Below are positions 61,240 to 64,000 of a stretch of DNA of 64,000 nucleotides, in pieces (positions within the stretch are counted from its first letter, which is position 1; every line of letters starts with the position of its first letter). The notes under the pieces are model-generated. The model was not told the DNA's origin, did no database searches, and saw only the letters and a program-made list of their open reading frames with translations. A program made the translations under genes and the position numbers. The stretch is taken from NCBI RefSeq assembly GCF_009914755.1, contig NC_060931.1, one strand, 5' to 3'. Source of the stretch: the human T2T-CHM13v2.0 reference genome, Homo sapiens.

Positions 61240-61519
61240 GGCCAGACGCGGTGGCTCACACCTGTAATCCCAGCACTTTGGGAGGCCAAGGCAGGCAGAT
61301 CATGAAGTCAGGAGTTCGAGACCAACCTGGCCAACATGGTGAAACCCCATCTCTACTAAAAATACAAAAATTAGCCAGGCGTGGTGGCAGGCGCCTGTAA
61401 TCCCAGCTACTCAGGAGGCTGAGGCAGGAGAATCACTTGAAACCAGAAGGCGGAGGTTGCAGTGAGCCGAGATCGTGCCACTGCACTCCAGCCTGTGCAA
61501 CAAGAATGAAACTCCGTCT

Positions 61520-61555
<36 letters not shown>
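61240..61555 (+). mobile_element. Alu (S-like)
   Basis: Forward Alu with a poly-A of about 35 nt. Confidence 0.94.
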
Positions 61556-61559
<4 letters not shown>

Positions 61560-63907
61560 ATGGGAGTTTGCCCCACCTTCCTGGGACCACAACTATTCCA
61601 GTGAAGAGGCAGTCTCCCTCAAACCTCTTTGGAATTCTAGGCACCTGTATGTCCCCACTATTTCTGCTGTCACTGCCAGGAGACCACTTTCCCAGATCTA
61701 GAGTGAGAACTAGAGGGTTTCTTCTTGAAGTGACCTGTCTGTGCTGCTTCTGGGTTTTGGGCTGCCTTGAGTCCAGGTTGGAAGATACCAGAGGATAGCA
61801 TAATGCTAACCTCACTGCTCATTTGGTGGTGGCCCTAATTCTGATTTTCTTCTTCACTTGGCCTGCTATTTAATTTCCAGAGTGCTCCAGCTATTCCATA
61901 CACTCTGTCCAGGTTTTACAGCTATTTTCAGTGGGAGAGACAGGGTGGGGTATGTTTACTCCATTGTACTTGAAACCAGAAACTGGAATCTGTTAAAAAG
62001 AGTATGAAAAGTTCTTGGAAAATACTGTATCATACACTGTCCTAAAATACATCTATTAACATTTTTGAACACGAGTTAGAATTTTAAATATTGCAGATTT
62101 TGCTTTTATTTTTATGATTTAGAGGTAGTTTCAGGAGAATGATTTGTACAATCCATTAAAAAAATCCATCATGAGAAATTTAAATTCTTTTTCTTCTCTA
62201 AAAATATTTGCTTGCAATAGGCAGAAACATTGAGACTACTCTATTGACCTTGAGCTCAAAATAGTAGGCACTTAACAATTGTTTGTTGTGGCAGTTTCTA
62301 CTACTGTAAATGCTTTCAGATTCACAAGTGTGGCTCTGAATTTCAGCTAAATGATTCTCTAAAACATAGATTTTTAAAAGGATGCATAATAATAGCCTTC
62401 CCACAGTAGCTGTGATCTGCCTCCAGTTTCAAAGCCTGACATAGCCCCACAAATATCTTTCAGCCATGTCCAACTTCTCTCTCCCTCTTCCTCAAAGATG
62501 TTTACCCCTCAGAGCCTCCCAGCTCTGAGTCACCATCTCCCTGTCCTTTTTGAATTCCTATTTATTTCTTCAGGGCTCTCAGCTCAAATTTTAACTCGTA
62601 TGTAAAGTCTTCCCCTACTTCTACAGACAGAGTTAAGTGCTTCTTATGTCCAGAGGCCTCAACTTGCCTTTATTTCACTGCCCTTTCACCAGAAACACAA
62701 TGATTCCCTTTTTGTCTTTGTTTCCCATTTGATGATGATCTCCTTGAAGGTGGGGGCTTTGTCTTTCTCATCTTTCTATTTCTAGCACCTATTGCAATAT
62801 TGGAGAGAAAGGAGAGGAGGGGAGTGGTGGGGCAAAGTCAAGTGGAAAATGAGCAGAAGGAAAGTGAAAGAGAAGACCAGAGGTAAAAGCCTCATCCCAG
62901 GATGCTTTGGAACTGATAGAAATGACAGCTCACTCAAGCTATCAGTACAAGCAGCAGATAACTTTCCCTGATGTCCTTTATCTCAAGCCCTAAACAAAAG
63001 ACATCTGTTTAAAGGACATCCCGCTAGGACTTCAGGAGCCCTGGCCATTGCCAATGACATTAAAAACATGTAAGGCATTTGCTTCTGAATTTTCCCTCTG
63101 TAGTTGTGCTGTTTCAAGCAGTGCAGGATAAAAATCTTGACAAAACAGATGCATCAAAAGCGCACACTCTTCACATTACAATCACTGTCATGCCTTGCTC
63201 CTATCTAGATGGTTTGCATGAAACAGTAAGCCAGGAAGAGTTGCATGAGTAAGTCCTAAGAAATAGTCCCATTTGAATCAGAATGTCTCCATTATTTAAC
63301 GAACCTTTAAATTTCAAAACCTTGAAAGTATTAAAAATGGGAATAATAAATAATAAATACATGAGTAATAACAGAGTGATTTCTAAATGAGATATGTCAT
63401 ATTGAATTCTTTCTCTTTTAAAAGTTTCTAGTGATTAAACACTGTATCTTGGAGATGCATTTTGTCCTTAGGAGAAACAGCAGGTTTTGATGCTCTAGGC
63501 ATTGAGTATATCTATAAGCATTTGCCTTTTTATATGAAGCATCTCAAAAATTGGTACCAGAATCTGTCTCTGTCACCTCTGTCATCTGTTGCTGTCACCA
63601 CTCTGTATCAAGGCTCTGCAAACAGAAATGTCCTCATTGTTTTGTTATACATAATTTTTGTCATTATCCTCTCAAGGTTTTGGGTTGAAACCAAATACTC
63701 AACCCAGTAGTTGGGCTCACCAGATATTTACTGAGTGCCTGCTTGAGCTTGACAAAGGTGACTTCTTTGCTTCTTTCCAATACTCTTTTCTGCGGCTTTT
63801 AAAAAATTACTTCAAAATTTTCATTTTGAAATGATTTCCAAAAAGTTGCAAAAGTAGAACAAAGGATTTATACATGCCTTCACCCAGATTATCTATATGT
63901 AAACATC

Positions 63908-64000
63908 TCTTTTTTTTTTTTTTGAGACAGGGTCTCACTTTGTGGCTCAGGTTGGGGTGCAGTGGCGCAAACACGGCTCACTGTAGGCTCTACCTCTGGG
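63908..64000 (-). mobile_element. Alu (partial, runs off the window end)
   Basis: Poly-T followed by gagacagggtctcac. Confidence 0.88.

Overview
Primate (most likely human) genomic DNA, rich in repeats. The minus strand carries the 3' half of AOAH (acyloxyacyl hydrolase, an SGNH/GDSL-family LPS deacylase). Eight coding exons between 47848 and 11576 splice with consistent GT-AG phases into ...GASSRNLKKFIESLSRNKVLDYPAIVIYAMIGNDVCSG...EPVDGFHPNEVALLLLADHFW...VFGDQGGH*. A 119-nt cassette exon (12796-12914) switches the last exon into a second, longer open frame. Downstream of the gene lie the 5' end of a decayed ERV9/HERV9 provirus (LTR12, tRNA-Arg PBS, broken gag) and a solo ERV1 LTR. The large upstream intron holds a full-length L1PA3-type element nested in older L1s: ORF1 is open, ORF2 is broken, the 129-bp ZNF93-target segment is retained and ORF0 is extended. 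About 24 Alus, several MLT/MER/MIR/L2 relics and a 1.5-kb CA/UG-rich minisatellite fill the rest. I see no evidence for a wholly new biological system; the best leads are splicing and transposon-regulatory features. Exon numbers and repeat subfamily names come from memory, not a search, and repeat boundaries are approximate.
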